This document shows positions 1 through 12,396 of a stretch of DNA of 64,000 bases, in pieces. The translations under genes were made by a program, and so were the position numbers. Position 1 is the first letter of the stretch, and each line of letters starts with the position of its first letter. Source of the stretch: Azolla caroliniana (lineage: Eukaryota; Plantae; Polypodiophyta); contig JBHGNT010000013.1 of the NCBI GenBank assembly GCA_043228905.1, positions 2,666,001 to 2,730,000 of the forward strand, given 5' to 3'. The notes under the pieces were generated by a model. That model was not told the DNA's origin, searched no databases, and saw nothing but the letters and a program-made list of their open reading frames with translations.

Positions 1-981
1 CGCTCACGCACGAAGTGGTAGTGCACTTCAATGTGCTTTGTGCAAGCATGGAGGATGGAATACGGGGTTCTTGGCGAGCTGCATGTTGCTCATGTTGTCG
101 CAGTAGATCAGGATTGGGGATGGCACCTTGATCCGCAGGTCTTGCAGCAGTCGCCGAAACCAAATGGCTTCATAGGTGGCAATGGTAGCGCCCCGGTATT
201 CAGCCTCAGTGCTCGAAAGGGCCACCGTTGGCTGCTTTTTGCTGCTCCACGCAATCGCCATGCTACCCAAGGAAAACATATAGCCGGAGGTGGATTGATG
301 ATCCGATGCATTGACAACCCAGTCGACATCGGTGTAGCCAACTAGCTCTTAAGTTATACCATGCTGGTAGAACAGTCCCCGGTCCTTCGTGCCGCTCACA
401 TATCGCAAAATTCGATGTGCGCACAAAAGGTGCTCCACAATCAGCTTTTGCATATATTGGCTGATTATGCCGACCGGATAACTGATGTCGGGTCAGGTGA
501 TTGTCAAATATATAAGGTTTCCGACGATTTATTGGAACCGCTTCTCATCACAGGCCGATTCGGTGTGGGGACAGAGCTTTTGGTTCCGGTCTAGGGGTGA
601 GGAGATCGGTCGGCATTCCGTCATGCCGAACTTGCAAAACATATTCAACACATAGTGTCTTTGTGAGAGCAGTATGCCATCGGGGGTTCGGATCACCTCG
701 ATCCCAAGGAAATAGTGAAGGTCCCCCAGGTCCTTCATCTCAAATGCGTCCGACAGTTAGGACTTGACGCGGTTGATTTCATCGAGTCCGGGTTTGGTGA
801 TGACTAGATCATCAACATACAACAAGATGCAAACCGAAACGTCTGGACCTTGCCGGATGAACAACGAAGAGTTGGACTTGGAGACCGCAAACCCCATCTT
901 ACGCAACCGGTGCGTGATCTTCGCATTCGAAGCTCGGGGGGCTTGTTTCAGACCGTAAAGTGACTTCTTGAGCCGGCACAC
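1..981 (-). pseudogene. Copia reverse transcriptase / RNase H remnant
   Basis: ORFs 757-981, 529-738 and 28-279 carry Copia RT/RH motifs, broken by stops and frameshifts. Confidence 0.9.
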
Positions 982-2184
982 TTCTCCCTTTGCTGAACTT
1001 CATGACTCCGTTCCGGATGCTACCAGTGTAGCCTTCATCGTCTAGCCGATCGGCTGATATTAGGTTTAGTCGAACCTCTGGAACGTGTCAGACATCCTTC
1101 AACAGCAACTTGCATCCGGTTGGTGTTGCCAACCACACGTCTCCTATGCCGACAATTTGGCATGTACCTTCATTCCCTATCCGGACACAATCGTGCTCAC
1201 CGGCTGTGTAGGATGAGAAGCATTTCCGGTCCAGGGTTAGGTGGAACGAAACTCCGGAATCAACAACCCACGTTGTCTCGTCACCGGCAAGGTTCAACTC
1301 ACTCTGCTCAGTGATGAGCATCAACTTCTCTTCACTTGCTGTGATTGCCGTTGTTCCCTTTCGGTCTGGTCCTCGCCGATCCGAACCGTTTCGGTCCGGT
1401 GACTTCTTTGAATCGGTACTGTCGGTTCCCTTGTCCTTCCAGAAATGCTGACAGTTCTTCTAGAAGTGCCCCGGTTTGCCGCAATAGAAGCAAGTGGGCC
1501 TCCCCCTTGACTTTGACCGTGTCCCTAACTTTTCCCGGTTTTGGGGACTGCGGTTCCTTTGTCTTCCGCGTTCTGATTCGGTAAGGAGCACTTTGGGGTC
1601 GGAGATCACCTCTTTGTCTTTCCGACACGCCTCCTCATCTAGCAAGCTCGACTTGACTCTAGCTAGGGACAATTGTTTTCCTTTCGGCCCGGCGTTGCCC
1701 AAAATGACAACTAATGTCTCCCAGCTATCCGGGAGGGAACCGAGCAGGAGCAATGCTAGTACCTCATCAGCGAGGGGTACTTCCAACGATGTTGCCTGGT
1801 GTATCAGCCCCTGGAAGGCATTCATGTGTTTTGCCATACTGGAGCCATCTTGGTATCAGAGTCTTACTAGCTTCTGGAATATCGAAACCCGATTAACAAC
1901 ATTTTTATTCTGAAACATAATGCCGATCTTCTCTCAGAGCTCATGAGCCTTGCTCTCTTCATTGAAGTTGTTGTACAGGCTCATTCGATGAAGCACCATA
2001 TATACGCCGTTGTCTTCATGTGCATCACCTCCTATATCATGGCATTGATCTTGTCCGGTCTCTTGTCTCTGAACTGAATCGGCAACCAAAGATCTTTAAC
2101 CACGAGCATGTCCCTCATCTTCGACTTCCACATTGAATAGTTGGATCCGGTGAGCTTGAACATACTGCCAAATGAATCTTCCAT
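982..2184 (-). pseudogene. Copia gag-protease remnant
   Basis: Starts MEDSFGSMFKLTGSNYSMWK. Contains LLLLGSLPDSW, a zinc knuckle and WVVDSGVSFH. Disrupted reading frame. Confidence 0.88.
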
Positions 2185-2199
2185 TTTCTGTGTCGTTTT

Positions 2200-2211
2200 G
2201 CTCTGATACCA
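2200..2211 (-). promoter_or_regulatory. Primer-binding site for initiator tRNA-Met
   Basis: TGGTATCAGAGC, 3 nt from the LTR end. Confidence 0.9.
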
Positions 2212-2214
2212 GAT

Positions 2215-2479
2215 TGTAAAGAATATGCGGAATAATGCTCGGCCACAACCGAGTCTTCGATCACTTAGTTGAGAATTACAATCATAGAAATAGGAATGTA
2301 GAGATAGATACACGTATACACAAAAAAACTGAAAAAGAGAGTAACCCTAAATGGGAAAAACCACAGGAGTCCACAAACTCTAACTATCACTATGTAAGGA
2401 GAATACAACAGAGGAACACAGAGGCCACGACCTCTTGCTCTCAATCTCTCCTGACCGCAGTTACAACAGAGACACTCTG

Positions 2480-2524
<45 letters not shown>

Positions 2525-2780
2525 TATGCTCTGTACAATAGTTACACCAATAACTCTATACATCATCAACTACTCATAAGTGTTTGCCTTAGGTCATATT
2601 TATACTAATATGACATTTGGACTATTTACAGATATAGCCGCAATGGGCTCTCAGAAACATATTTACCTATATGTCCCTTCATCCGGTGAGAGCTTCTCAC
2701 CGGGCCTGCATCATCCGGTTCTCACCGGGTCTTCCTTGCCAGTTAATCATATCCCATCCGGAGGGACCATAATCCGAACA
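2215..2780 (-). repeat. 5' LTR of Copia A; contains a (CT)n tract; related to the solo LTR at 41983-42579
   Basis: TG..CA ends. Shares blocks such as GGTCCCTCCGGATGGG and GAGAGCCCATTG with 41983-42579. Confidence 0.85.
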
Positions 2781-3345
2781 TCATCCTTATGGCTTGTTAC
2801 AACTATTACCATCTCCAACTAAGCCATGGCAGTCTATTTCTATGGATTTCATTACGGATCTGCCACCTTCAAAAGGATTCGATACTATTTTAACAGTAGT
2901 CGATCAATTTACCAAGATGGTGCATTTTTTACCATGTGTGAAGAGCATCAGTAGTCAGGAAACTGTAGATCTCATTATGTGTGAAGTGTTTCATCATCAT
3001 GGTCTTCCAAACAATATAATTAGTGATCGTGGTCCTCAATTTATCTCTCACTTTTTGGAAGCACCTATGGGCAGGCCTCAGAATCTCATGCAAACTCTCC
3101 TCGGTTTATCATCCACAAACCGTCAGACAAACATAGTGCACAAATCAAACGCTCAAGCAGTATCTTCGTTGCTTCATTAGTTATCAACAAGATGATTGGA
3201 GTAATATTTTACATCTTGCTGAGTTTGCATACAATAACACAATACACTCTTCTACCAAGGTTATACCTTTCTTTGTCTACACTGACAACCATCCTCGATG
3301 GTGTATCGTAGACCTTCCCGAGGTCGCACGAAACCCTAGTGCTGC
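2781..3345 (+). pseudogene. Chromovirus (Tcn1-like) integrase fragment; host of Copia A
   Basis: PWQSISMDFITDLPPS and IISDRGPQF motifs; closely similar to 16050-16610. Confidence 0.88.
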
Positions 3346-3558
3346 CAGTTTTCGGTCCTCGATTGTTGCCATTGTTCGCTCTGACTGAGTTAGCTCTTCC
3401 ATTTCTGCCATTGTACGCTCAGTTCCCGCCACAGTTTGGTCCTTGATTGCTGCATTTGATCCCTCCTTATTGCTGCATAGTCAATAACCGGTTTGCATGT
3501 GGTATAGTCATTTACCTCTCGTTTTTTTTCCAATTTACTAATGAAGATGTCAAGCTAG

Positions 3559-4321
3559 ATGGAGGGGGAAGGAGGGTGTTTATCAACAACCCTCATGGAT
3601 CATGAGGATAGGGATTAGGCTATTAGTACACAACAAGTGATGCAAAAGTATTGGGCAGAAAAAGAAGAAGGAAACACGTCAAATGTTAAAGGATAAGAAT
3701 GACACATCAACGAAAGGTAAAGATAGTATTGGTTGTGATGTAGATCTTAATATCATTGAGAATGGAAGTAATGAGACTACTATCATAGAGAGAAAGGTTG
3801 TAGAGTATTTCAATGTTCTGACCAAGCACAACAACAATGAAGACAAAAAGGTAATACTTAATGGAATATTAAATGATTCATTGATAAAAGAATTAGTTGA
3901 TTTTGATGGTCTCAATGGAAACCAAACATCTGTACTAGTAAATAATCTCCATAATAGTTTAGTCAACATGAGCAAGTCAGAAGATGATATTGTCTTGAAA
4001 AGGTCTAGTCAAATGATGTTACTTAATAGTGATGTTGACGATGTTAACATTAGTATGCTATCTAAGGTAATCAGTGTTAGTAGAAAAAATGTGTACAATA
4101 CAATGAACTGGTTAATTTAATGTGGTGAAGGAAGTATTTAGCTAAAGCTAACCACAAGATGTAAGCCAGTGACACCCATAACATCACAAATCAAGGATAT
4201 AATCACCATATTTTGGACTAATGAGAGTAGGGTTTCACCCAATAAGAAGGATTTGTGCAGGAAACGTTTTGGAAGGAATCAATACGAGGAGCATGCCATT
4301 CATCTTCTTGATGTACCTCAG
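3559..4321 (+). pseudogene. Disrupted ORF of unknown type, possibly the N-terminus of a DNA-transposon-derived protein
   Basis: ORFs 3683-4120 and 4169-4321 (FWTNESRVSPNKKDLCRKR) end at a CAG|GTA splice donor followed by T-rich, intron-like sequence. No retroelement motifs. Confidence 0.4.
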
Positions 4322-4395
4322 GTATTTACATTTATTTCATCTTTTGTTTTGATTATTAACCTTATTGTCATAAGTCTATGCACTATAGTAGAACA

Positions 4396-4959
4396 TGTTC
4401 CTACATATTACAATCACTAGGTAATTAGCTGCAATAACTAGTGACTTGAGCTTCTATCTACATCAGGCATAGCTGATTAGCTACATTCAGTCGTAGTCAA
4501 GGCTAATTAGGTAAATAACTACATTAGGTATTGACCATTGCTAATTAGCAACATATGGTATTGATGCCACTTAATTAGCTACATAAGGTAGGGGCATAAC
4601 TAGTTAGCAACAACAGGTAGGGGCCTTCGGTAAATAGCTACAACAGCTAGTAGACTTAACTTAATAGCTACAACAGCTAAACTAGAAGCTAATTGTTGAT
4701 GGGTGGGGGGTGGAGCCGTTCTTGGATCCACCCCCCTCCCAAGGGGGTTTGAGCTTACGAGGAGAGAGACACACAGAGAATGAGAGGGAAAATCGAGACA
4801 GACTTCACTACTCTTCCTCTTTTCATGCCCCATGGGTGGGGTTTAATCAATACAAGATCTGATCAAGGTGGTACAAAAAGCGAAATGGGGGTAGTTACAC
4901 CTACTTACCCCACTCTCTCACATTTGTACACATGCACATAAAAAGCCAAATGTGTATGT

Positions 4960-4995
<36 letters not shown>

Positions 4996-5700
4996 CCTCA
5001 CACATTACACATTTCATGTTTACACATTACACCTTATACATTACACCTTAACCCTCCCGTACACCTATATGGGTAACACTTGGCACGCCTGTGGGATAGT
5101 TCATTGCACGTCGAACCCACATGCCCATGCCAAAAACTTCGTTAACCAGAACTCCATCAGTCTTCTCTTCTCTCATTGGTCGGAAATCCCTCGATCGGAT
5201 CACTACTCTATGATCCATAACTTTGATCAGACCTTGCTTGACACAAACCTTCTCATTTGGTAAGAATGGCATGAAAATTGTTGTGATGGGATCACACACC
5301 AATCAAAACCTATACTTGTAAGTCTCAAAATGATTTGGGTGTGGATGTGTATTTTTTTCTTCTTCTTCAGTTGTGTGAGTGGTGATGAGTTATTCTCCCC
5401 TCGGGTTTTCGAAATTCTAATTCATACTCAATTTTTTTAAATTTCATTGATTGCCCTTATAAAATTTAGGCATATGCCCTCCTATTTTCAAAATTCCTTC
5501 ATCTCTGCGGATCATCTCTGAATTCCTTCATTGTGTTCCTCTTTCTATTTGGTAATGATAATGAAGGACCCATCCCTCTCTTTCTTTCTTTCGATGTGTT
5601 GATCTCTCTCTAAAGAGACCCCACGACATCTTGATAGGTTTTCAAAGAGGACCTCTCTCTCCCATACATCGTCATCATCTACAGAGCCATGGGTTCATGA
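4396..5700 (+). mobile_element. LTR (about 4396-5078), PBS and start of the internal region of a Gypsy-type (Tat/Athila-like) element related to 51427-54650; interrupted by Copia B
   Basis: LTR ends GGGTAACA at 5078, followed by PBS TGGCACGCCTGTGGGA at 5081, which resembles a tRNA-Arg PBS. Blocks CCACCCCCCTCCCAAGGGGGTT and TTGCACGTCGA.CCCACATGCC are shared with 51427-54650. Left end uncertain. Confidence 0.65.
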
Positions 5701-8700
5701 TGATGTATTTTGTACTCAGACGTACCACAACAAATATACCGAGACAAGCAACACACAATTTTACATGGAAAACCCTGATTCTAGGGTAAAACCACGGTGA
5801 ACAAAGATTTCCACTATGAGACAAGAAAGAATACAATCATAGAATGATAGAACCTGATTTGGTATGGATATACTCCCAGGTTATTATCTGAAACCATAGT
5901 TTCAGCCGAATGCACCAAACCCTAACTCGTAGGTATCTATCTCCGTCGAATCTTTTGAAGCTTCTTTGTTCTGTTTCTGTTTCTTCTCTGTTACACTCTT
6001 CTTTCTTTGCTACCTCTAACACTCAGTTGCAGAGCTATGTCACTCACTCTCACACACAACCACCACTATGTTTGCTCTATGTAGTTTTTTCCCTTTCAAC
6101 GCATTCTCTCTTGTGCTCTCATACACAGAGTTCACTCTCATGCGCGCTTACTCACTAGGGTTCACTTTCGTGTCTCTCTCATTGTTATACACTCAGTGAG
6201 TTATCCCACGTACATGTGCAGCTAATATGACTCTCTCAACATATACTAGCTTATCTCTCACACACACATATATTACTATATATATGTATATATTCGGTTG
6301 ACTTCCATTTGACCGAATCCATTTCAACTTTTCAGCCGATTTCGGCCAACCGACTCTCATTTCGGCTTTTTGGCTGATTTCGGCCAACCCACTCTCGTTT
6401 TGGCTTTTTGGCCGACTCCCCCACAAGGAGGGACAATCTTACATAACAAACTCCGTCTTCACTCCTGTAGGGGGAGAGTCAACCAGACCTGTCCTTCGCC
6501 GGCACGTAACAAGTTTTTCAATAAACAATATTTTTGTAAGCATGTCTGATCCATTTTCGTCAGTATGGATCTTCGCTAAGACAAACTCATTTTCTTCCAC
6601 GCTCTCTCGCAACCAATGATACCTTCTTTGCATGTGCTTTGTACGAGAGTGATAGGCAACATTCGTGGCAAGATGGAGATCACTCTAATTATCACAGTGA
6701 AGTAGGAACTTTTCTTGTTTCATTCCTAGTTCACCTAGAAAATCTCTCATCCAAATTAATTCTTTTCTGGCTTCCACTGCACCCATATACTCAGCCTCCA
6801 TGGTTGACAAAGTCACAACCTTTTGGAATCTTGATTGCCATGACATAGCTCCCCCTGAATAAGTCATCACATACCCTGATGTGGATCGGTTGGAATCTAC
6901 ATCACCCGACATATCAGAATCTGCGAAACCTTAGAGCATAGGTTTCCCAGAGCCATATCTAAGGCATACACTTGAAGTAACTTTGAGGTATCTGAGTATC
7001 CATTTTACGGCAACCTAATGCTCATTTCCAGGATTACTCATGTAGCGACTAACTGTCCCAACAGCAAATGCAATGTTCGGCCTCGTCCAGACCATAGCAT
7101 ACATTAGGCTCCCGACAACCGAGGCATATGACACCCTCCTCATCTTTGCCTTATCTTTCTCAATTTTCGGACATTGTCCTGAGTTTAGCTTACAATTCAC
7201 CGACAATGGAGATCCAACAGATTTTGCATTATACATATTAAACCTTTGCAAAACCTTTGTCATATATTTTTGTTGTGACAACCATAGCATGTTTTTAGTC
7301 CTATCCTGGACTATATGATTCCCAAAATCTGTTTTGCCGATCCTAAGTCTTTCATGGCAAAAGATTTGCTCAAAACTTTCTTCAAGCTTGCAATCTTTTT
7401 AACATTTTGTCCAATAACTAACATATCATCCACATACAACAAAAGAATCAGAGAATCACCTTCATCATACCTTTTCACAAATACACAATGATCAGCTTGT
7501 GTTTTGTGGAATCCATGTTCCAACATGAAGGACTCAAACTTCTTATACCATTGTCGAGGAGCTTGTTTCTGTCCATACAAGCTCTTCCTCAACCTACATA
7601 GAAGATTTTCTTTTCCTTTCATCTCAAAGCCCTCCAGCTGTTGCATATAGATTTCCTCTTCCAACTCACAATGCAAGAATGTTGTTTTAACATCCAACTG
7701 GTCAATTTCCAGATTCATACTGGCAGCCATACTCAAAAGAGTCCTGATGGAGGTCATCTTCACTACTGGAGGAAAAATCTCATCAAAATCAACACCCTTT
7801 TTCTGTTGAAAACCTTTCACTACAATACGAGCCTTATACCTAGGTGTACTTCCATCTTCCCCAGTCTTTAGTTTGTAGACCCATTTGTTTCTGAGTGCCT
7901 TCTTTCCATTAGGCAGCTCCATCAGCTCATAGGTGTGGTTCTCATGCAAGGAATCCATTTCCCCTTGCATGACATTATACCACTTCTCCTTATGTACATC
8001 AGTCATGGCCTCTTCAGAGCATTCTGGTTCCCCTTCATGAGTCAAGAGAATATATTGACTGGCTAGATACCGAGAGGGGGTCTTCCTTTGTCTTAGTGGA
8101 TATCTTCTTCCTTCAATAACCGGCTTAGGTTTGGTTTCTTCTGCCACCTCATCTTCCGACTCAGGTTCATGTGCATCAGTTTGCTGTTGTGTGTCGGTCG
8201 ACTCAGATTCAGCTTCATCAGCCGGTTGTTGTTTGCCGACTGGTTGTGTGGAAGTGGAATCGACTAGTGCCGACTCCATAACGATAGTCGACTGGGAAGA
8301 CAACTCTGGTCTTTGTTGTTTCCAGTCTTTGATTGTTTTGTCTTCCATGAATATGATATCACGACTTCTTATCACCTTCTTATCAAGAAGATCCCACATC
8401 CTAAACCCGAATTCATCTTCTGAGTACCCCAAGAACATGCAAGGCTTGGACTTGTTGTCTAGTTTTGACCTCTGGTCTTTAGCAACATGCACATAAGACA
8501 AACATCCGAACACCCTTAAATGCTGGTAGGACACACTCCTTCTTGTCCACACCCTCTGTGGGACATCCCTCTTTAGAGGCACTGATGGGGACCTATTTAT
8601 AAGGTAGACAACTGTCAACATTGCCTCAGCCCAATACGACTTTCGCAAATTTGCATGAGACAACATGCTTCTTACCCTTTCCATTATGGTCCGATTCATT

Positions 8701-9816
8701 CTCTCTACTAGACCATTAAGCTTAGGTGTCTTCGTCACCGTATACTCAAGTTTGATGCCTTGAGTCTTGCAATATATCTCGAATTGGCCTCTATACTCAC
8801 CACCATTATCTGTTCGGACAACTTTCAACTTCTGTCCAAATTCTCTTTCTGCCCTTGCATGAAACTCTTTAAAGACCGACAACACTTGATCTTTAGAAAC
8901 CAACACAAAAGCCCAAAACTTTCTACTGAAGTCATCAATAAATTTGACGAATTATTGTCCACCACGATGTGATGGGCATCCACATAACACACATATGTGA
9001 GAACCAGTTCTAGGGCATGCTCTCTTCTCATCGGAGGCTTAGAGTGAAAGGTTGTTCTATTTTGCTTTCCAACCAAGCAGTCCACACACTTTTCAAGGTG
9101 TATTCCTTTCACTTTTGGTAGAAAATCATTTTCAGCAAGGATATGCATTCCCCTTTCGCTCATGTGCCCGAACCATTTATGCCACAACTCACCATTTGAG
9201 TCACCCACGACATTTGCTTCATCTCGACATAGTTTTGCATGCATTACATACAATGTGTTTTGCTTTTTAGCTCGAGCCACAATCAGGCGCCCTTTATAGA
9301 ACTTCCATGCACCATTACGGAAACCACCGTTGTAGCCCTCACCATTACGGAACATGGTGTACATCCTTCAACATTAACCTACAACTAGTAGATGTTAAGA
9401 AGCACACATTTCCTATGCCCATAATCTTGCATTCACCGTTGTTTGTCATCCTTACGTAGCCATAGTCACCGGCTGTTAGGTGGATGAGAAACATTCTCTT
9501 TTGGGAGTTAGGTGGAACGATGCACCGGAATCCACTACCTAGGAGCACTCAACATTTGCAAGATTCACACTAGCATGCTCACGAATAAATAACATCTCTT
9601 CTTCACTGGTTGCAATGGCTGAAGTGTTTTTGTCATCAAATTTTTTTTTGGGTTCAACCTCATCAGCCATGTCTCTGTCCTTCCTAAGGTGTTGACAATT
9701 CTTTTGGAAGTGACCAAGCTTCCCACAATAGAAGCATGTAGGTCTTCCTCTAGATTTCAACCTAGCATAAGACTTATCTCTATTTTCAGGGCTTCTATGT
9801 CTACTTCTTCCTCTAC
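5701..9816 (-). mobile_element. Ty1/Copia LTR retrotransposon B (3' LTR 5701-6448 plus pol and part of gag); interrupted at 9817
   Basis: 3' LTR with a purine-rich PPT next to 6448. Domain order gag knuckle, PR, INT, RT, RH is Copia-type. Confidence 0.9.
6449..9816 (-). pseudogene. Copia gag-pol (zinc knuckle, protease, integrase, RT, RNase H), disrupted
   Basis: 531-aa ORF 7311-8906 (RTDNGGEY, ERMNRTI, YKARIVVKG, LYVDD). Flanking fragments include CFYCGKLGHFQKNC and TMEAEY. Confidence 0.92.
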
Positions 9817-9848
9817 TGTCATGATATAGCATGGTATGGCATTAAAAA

Positions 9849-9901
9849 GATTCGAACCCATGACCTACCATCACATGGGTTGAAGCCCTACCATTGAGCT
9901 A
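9849..9901 (-). promoter_or_regulatory. tRNA-like Pol III A-box/B-box cassette in the family-2 LTR
   Basis: Minus strand reads TAGCTCAATGG, 32 nt, GGTTCGAATC, then TTTTT. Confidence 0.65.
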
Positions 9902-9969
9902 TATATTATAATACAAATTTCATTTATTTTTTCACTATAGAAAATTGATGTATATTCCAGATTTCTCTA

Positions 9970-9987
9970 GAACATTCGAGAAACTTC
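9970..9987. promoter_or_regulatory. Heat-shock element (4 alternating nGAAn units) upstream of the LTR TATA box at 10008
   Basis: GAAcaTTCgaGAAacTTC. Confidence 0.7.
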
Positions 9988-10180
9988 AGGAGTACTCCTG
10001 ACAACACTATATAAGGAGGCACAATGCATTATTTCGAACCAATTCGGTTCAACGCCAAACTTAAGCCTCCTAGCTATTCTTGTACTTTTCATATAATATA
10101 TCACCTGTTATCATCATTCTCTCTCTCTCTCTCTCTCTAACACTAATGGTTTTACATGTAGAAAACACAACAGAAATAGT

Positions 10181-11903
10181 GTGATTGACTATGTGCTACT
10201 TTCCAAAGGTATTTTGGATCATATACATAAATTCCCACTTGGTGAATGGACACTAGAATCCAATCATAGGCCTTTATGTATTGATCTCAAATGTATGCAT
10301 AGGTTTGATTGTGAGAAGGCTATTGAAGGTAATAAACAACCGCACTTGAGCATGAACCTTAAGCGAGCACCCATGTATTCCAAGATGGTTGAGGATATGT
10401 TACAAATGACAAAGATACAACATGGTGCCACACTAGAATGCAAATGGGAAGCTTTCAAGAAAGTCATTCTCTCCTGTACAAACAAATGTTTTTCGACCAA
10501 CCGCACATATTGGAAATGCATCAAGAAACTTAGGAAAAAATGGTTTGATAAAGAATGTCATGAAGCTCGAAAGTACCTTATGGTTTTGGATGTAGTTAAG
10601 GATAAAGAGAATTACCAAAAGCATTTGCATGAGTATAAAAGGCTTATTCAAAGAAAGAGAAGAATATGGGAAGTTACTCAACAATTTATCCAAACACAAG
10701 AGAAAGCACATGCATATGCTAAATTTTGGGGAAATCTAAAGGGGAAACATGTTGAGAGTTATGGTGATTTAACTCTTCACGACTTGTCTATGCATTGTAA
10801 GAATTTATATGAGTTATCTCTTGCCGGAAAGATGATGTGTTATGGTTCTCTTTCACATATGCCTGCCTTCTTTACAATTGAAGATATATGCATAAAACTT
10901 AAGAAATTGGCCTCTCGAAAGGCAAGCGATCTTCAATGTATAAAGGCTAAAATGCTCAAATGGACGGGAAAGGAAGCACATATATGGATAAGTGATATGT
11001 TTAATGATGCATTGCAACATGGTATGCCGTACGATTGGACTACAAATTGGATCAAACCTTTACATAAAGGTGGAGATATAAATAATGTAAACAACTATCG
11101 AACCATCATGGTTGGCTCATTAATGGCAAAACTATTTGGATGTATAATGGAATCAAAGATAAGTGTATGGGCTAAAAATAATGGTAAGAGAGCTTATGGA
11201 CAAGCTAGCTTTCGGAAACACCATAGCACCATTGATCACCTTATCAGCCTTCGAGTATTAATGGAGGAAAGTCGCCTTAGAGGTAAAGGTTTATATTGTT
11301 GCTTTGTAGACTTCAAGAAAGCTTTTCATATGGTACCTCGTGAGCATCTTTGGAGGCGAATGGAAGAGCTTGAGGTACCAAGTGAATATATGCTTGCAAT
11401 TTCCCGAATTTATGAGAAGGTTATATGTTGTGTGCGCATGAGAGATAAACTTTCAGATTTTTTCAAAAGCACTATTGGTGTTAAGCAAGGATGCCCACTC
11501 TCACCAACACTATTTGGTCTATGCATTGATGAATTGGAAGAAATGGTTACCAAGTTTGCAAAGGAAGAATGTGTTGAAGAAGTTGCCATTGGGAATGTTG
11601 TGATTATGCTTTTGCTATATGTAGATGATGTAGTGCTTTTTGCAAATACTTTAGGAGATGCACAAAAGCTTATGAAGGCATTGGAAAATTTTTGCATGCA
11701 TACTAAATTAAGTGTCAATAGCTCTAAAACAAAGATTATTCTTGCGAAGAGCCAAAAAAGAGATAAACCATGCATTATGTACAACAATGAGCCACTTGAA
11801 TGTGTGGAAAGCTTCAAATATCTTGGCCTTGAAGTTCCTTCAAATCATAGATAGAATGAATGTGCTACACGCCACTTAGAGGCGGGTAAGCGAGCATACT
11901 ATG
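10181..11903 (+). pseudogene. LINE endonuclease-reverse transcriptase ORF (N-terminal part; continues at 17350-18280)
   Basis: 557-aa ORF with non-LTR RT motifs. Confidence 0.9.
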
Positions 11904-12061
11904 TATCATGAACACATGACCATTATGGCGTCACTCAGACTTGAACCTCGAACCTTGTAATTCATACTTGAAAACCTCAACCATTAAGATAGCTTATTGT
12001 TTTATGAAACAATAAAAGCTACTTCTTGTATTACATTGATTATTGTAAAAACTCTAGATTA

Positions 12062-12125
12062 TTCTAGAATGTTCTAGAATGTCCTAGAGCATTCTAGGTC
12101 TAGAACATTCTAGAACATTCTAGAA
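12062..12125. promoter_or_regulatory. Heat-shock element array in the family-1 LTR
   Basis: TTCtaGAAtgTTCtaGAA and GAAcaTTCtaGAAcaTTCtaGAA, about 25-90 bp upstream of TATAAA at 12151. Present in all complete family-1 LTRs. Confidence 0.75.
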
Positions 12126-12321
12126 ATCTCTAAGCTATCCTATAGGAACCTATAAATAAGCGCATACATGTATTCTCAAATCAATTCGAATCAACACCAG
12201 TCTTTAGCTTTCATTACATATCTTGTATCCATTCTCTTTCTTTCTCTATCTTATACATACATTCTTCTCTATCCTTCTTCCATCACTCTATCTTTTATCC
12301 TTGGTTCTGACAGTTTGATTC

Positions 12322-12371
<50 letters not shown>

Positions 12372-12396
12372 CCTCCTTTGTAACCATCCTGAAACC

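Larger units (their letters stand above)
1..2780 (-). mobile_element. Ty1/Copia LTR retrotransposon A; internally deleted, 3' end outside the window
   Basis: 5' LTR 2215-2780 (TG..CA). PBS TGGTATCAGAGC on the minus strand at 2200-2211. Gag with CFYCGKPGH knuckle, protease WVVDSG, RT (LKKSLYGLKQAPR, LYVDD) and RNase H (SSTEAEY, YCDN). Integrase is missing, with a deletion junction near 982. Confidence 0.9.

Noticed and set aside
2481-2520. (CT)n, (CA)n, (GA)n and (TA)n microsatellites throughout the window
   Set aside because: Ordinary LTR or UTR components; only the LINE-associated tract is informative.
9817-10142. Apparent TG..CA solo LTR lacking a TSD, suggesting inter-element recombination
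   Set aside because: Better explained as the left part of the family-2 5' LTR split by the LINE at (CT)n; its self-primer matches the PBS at 18468.
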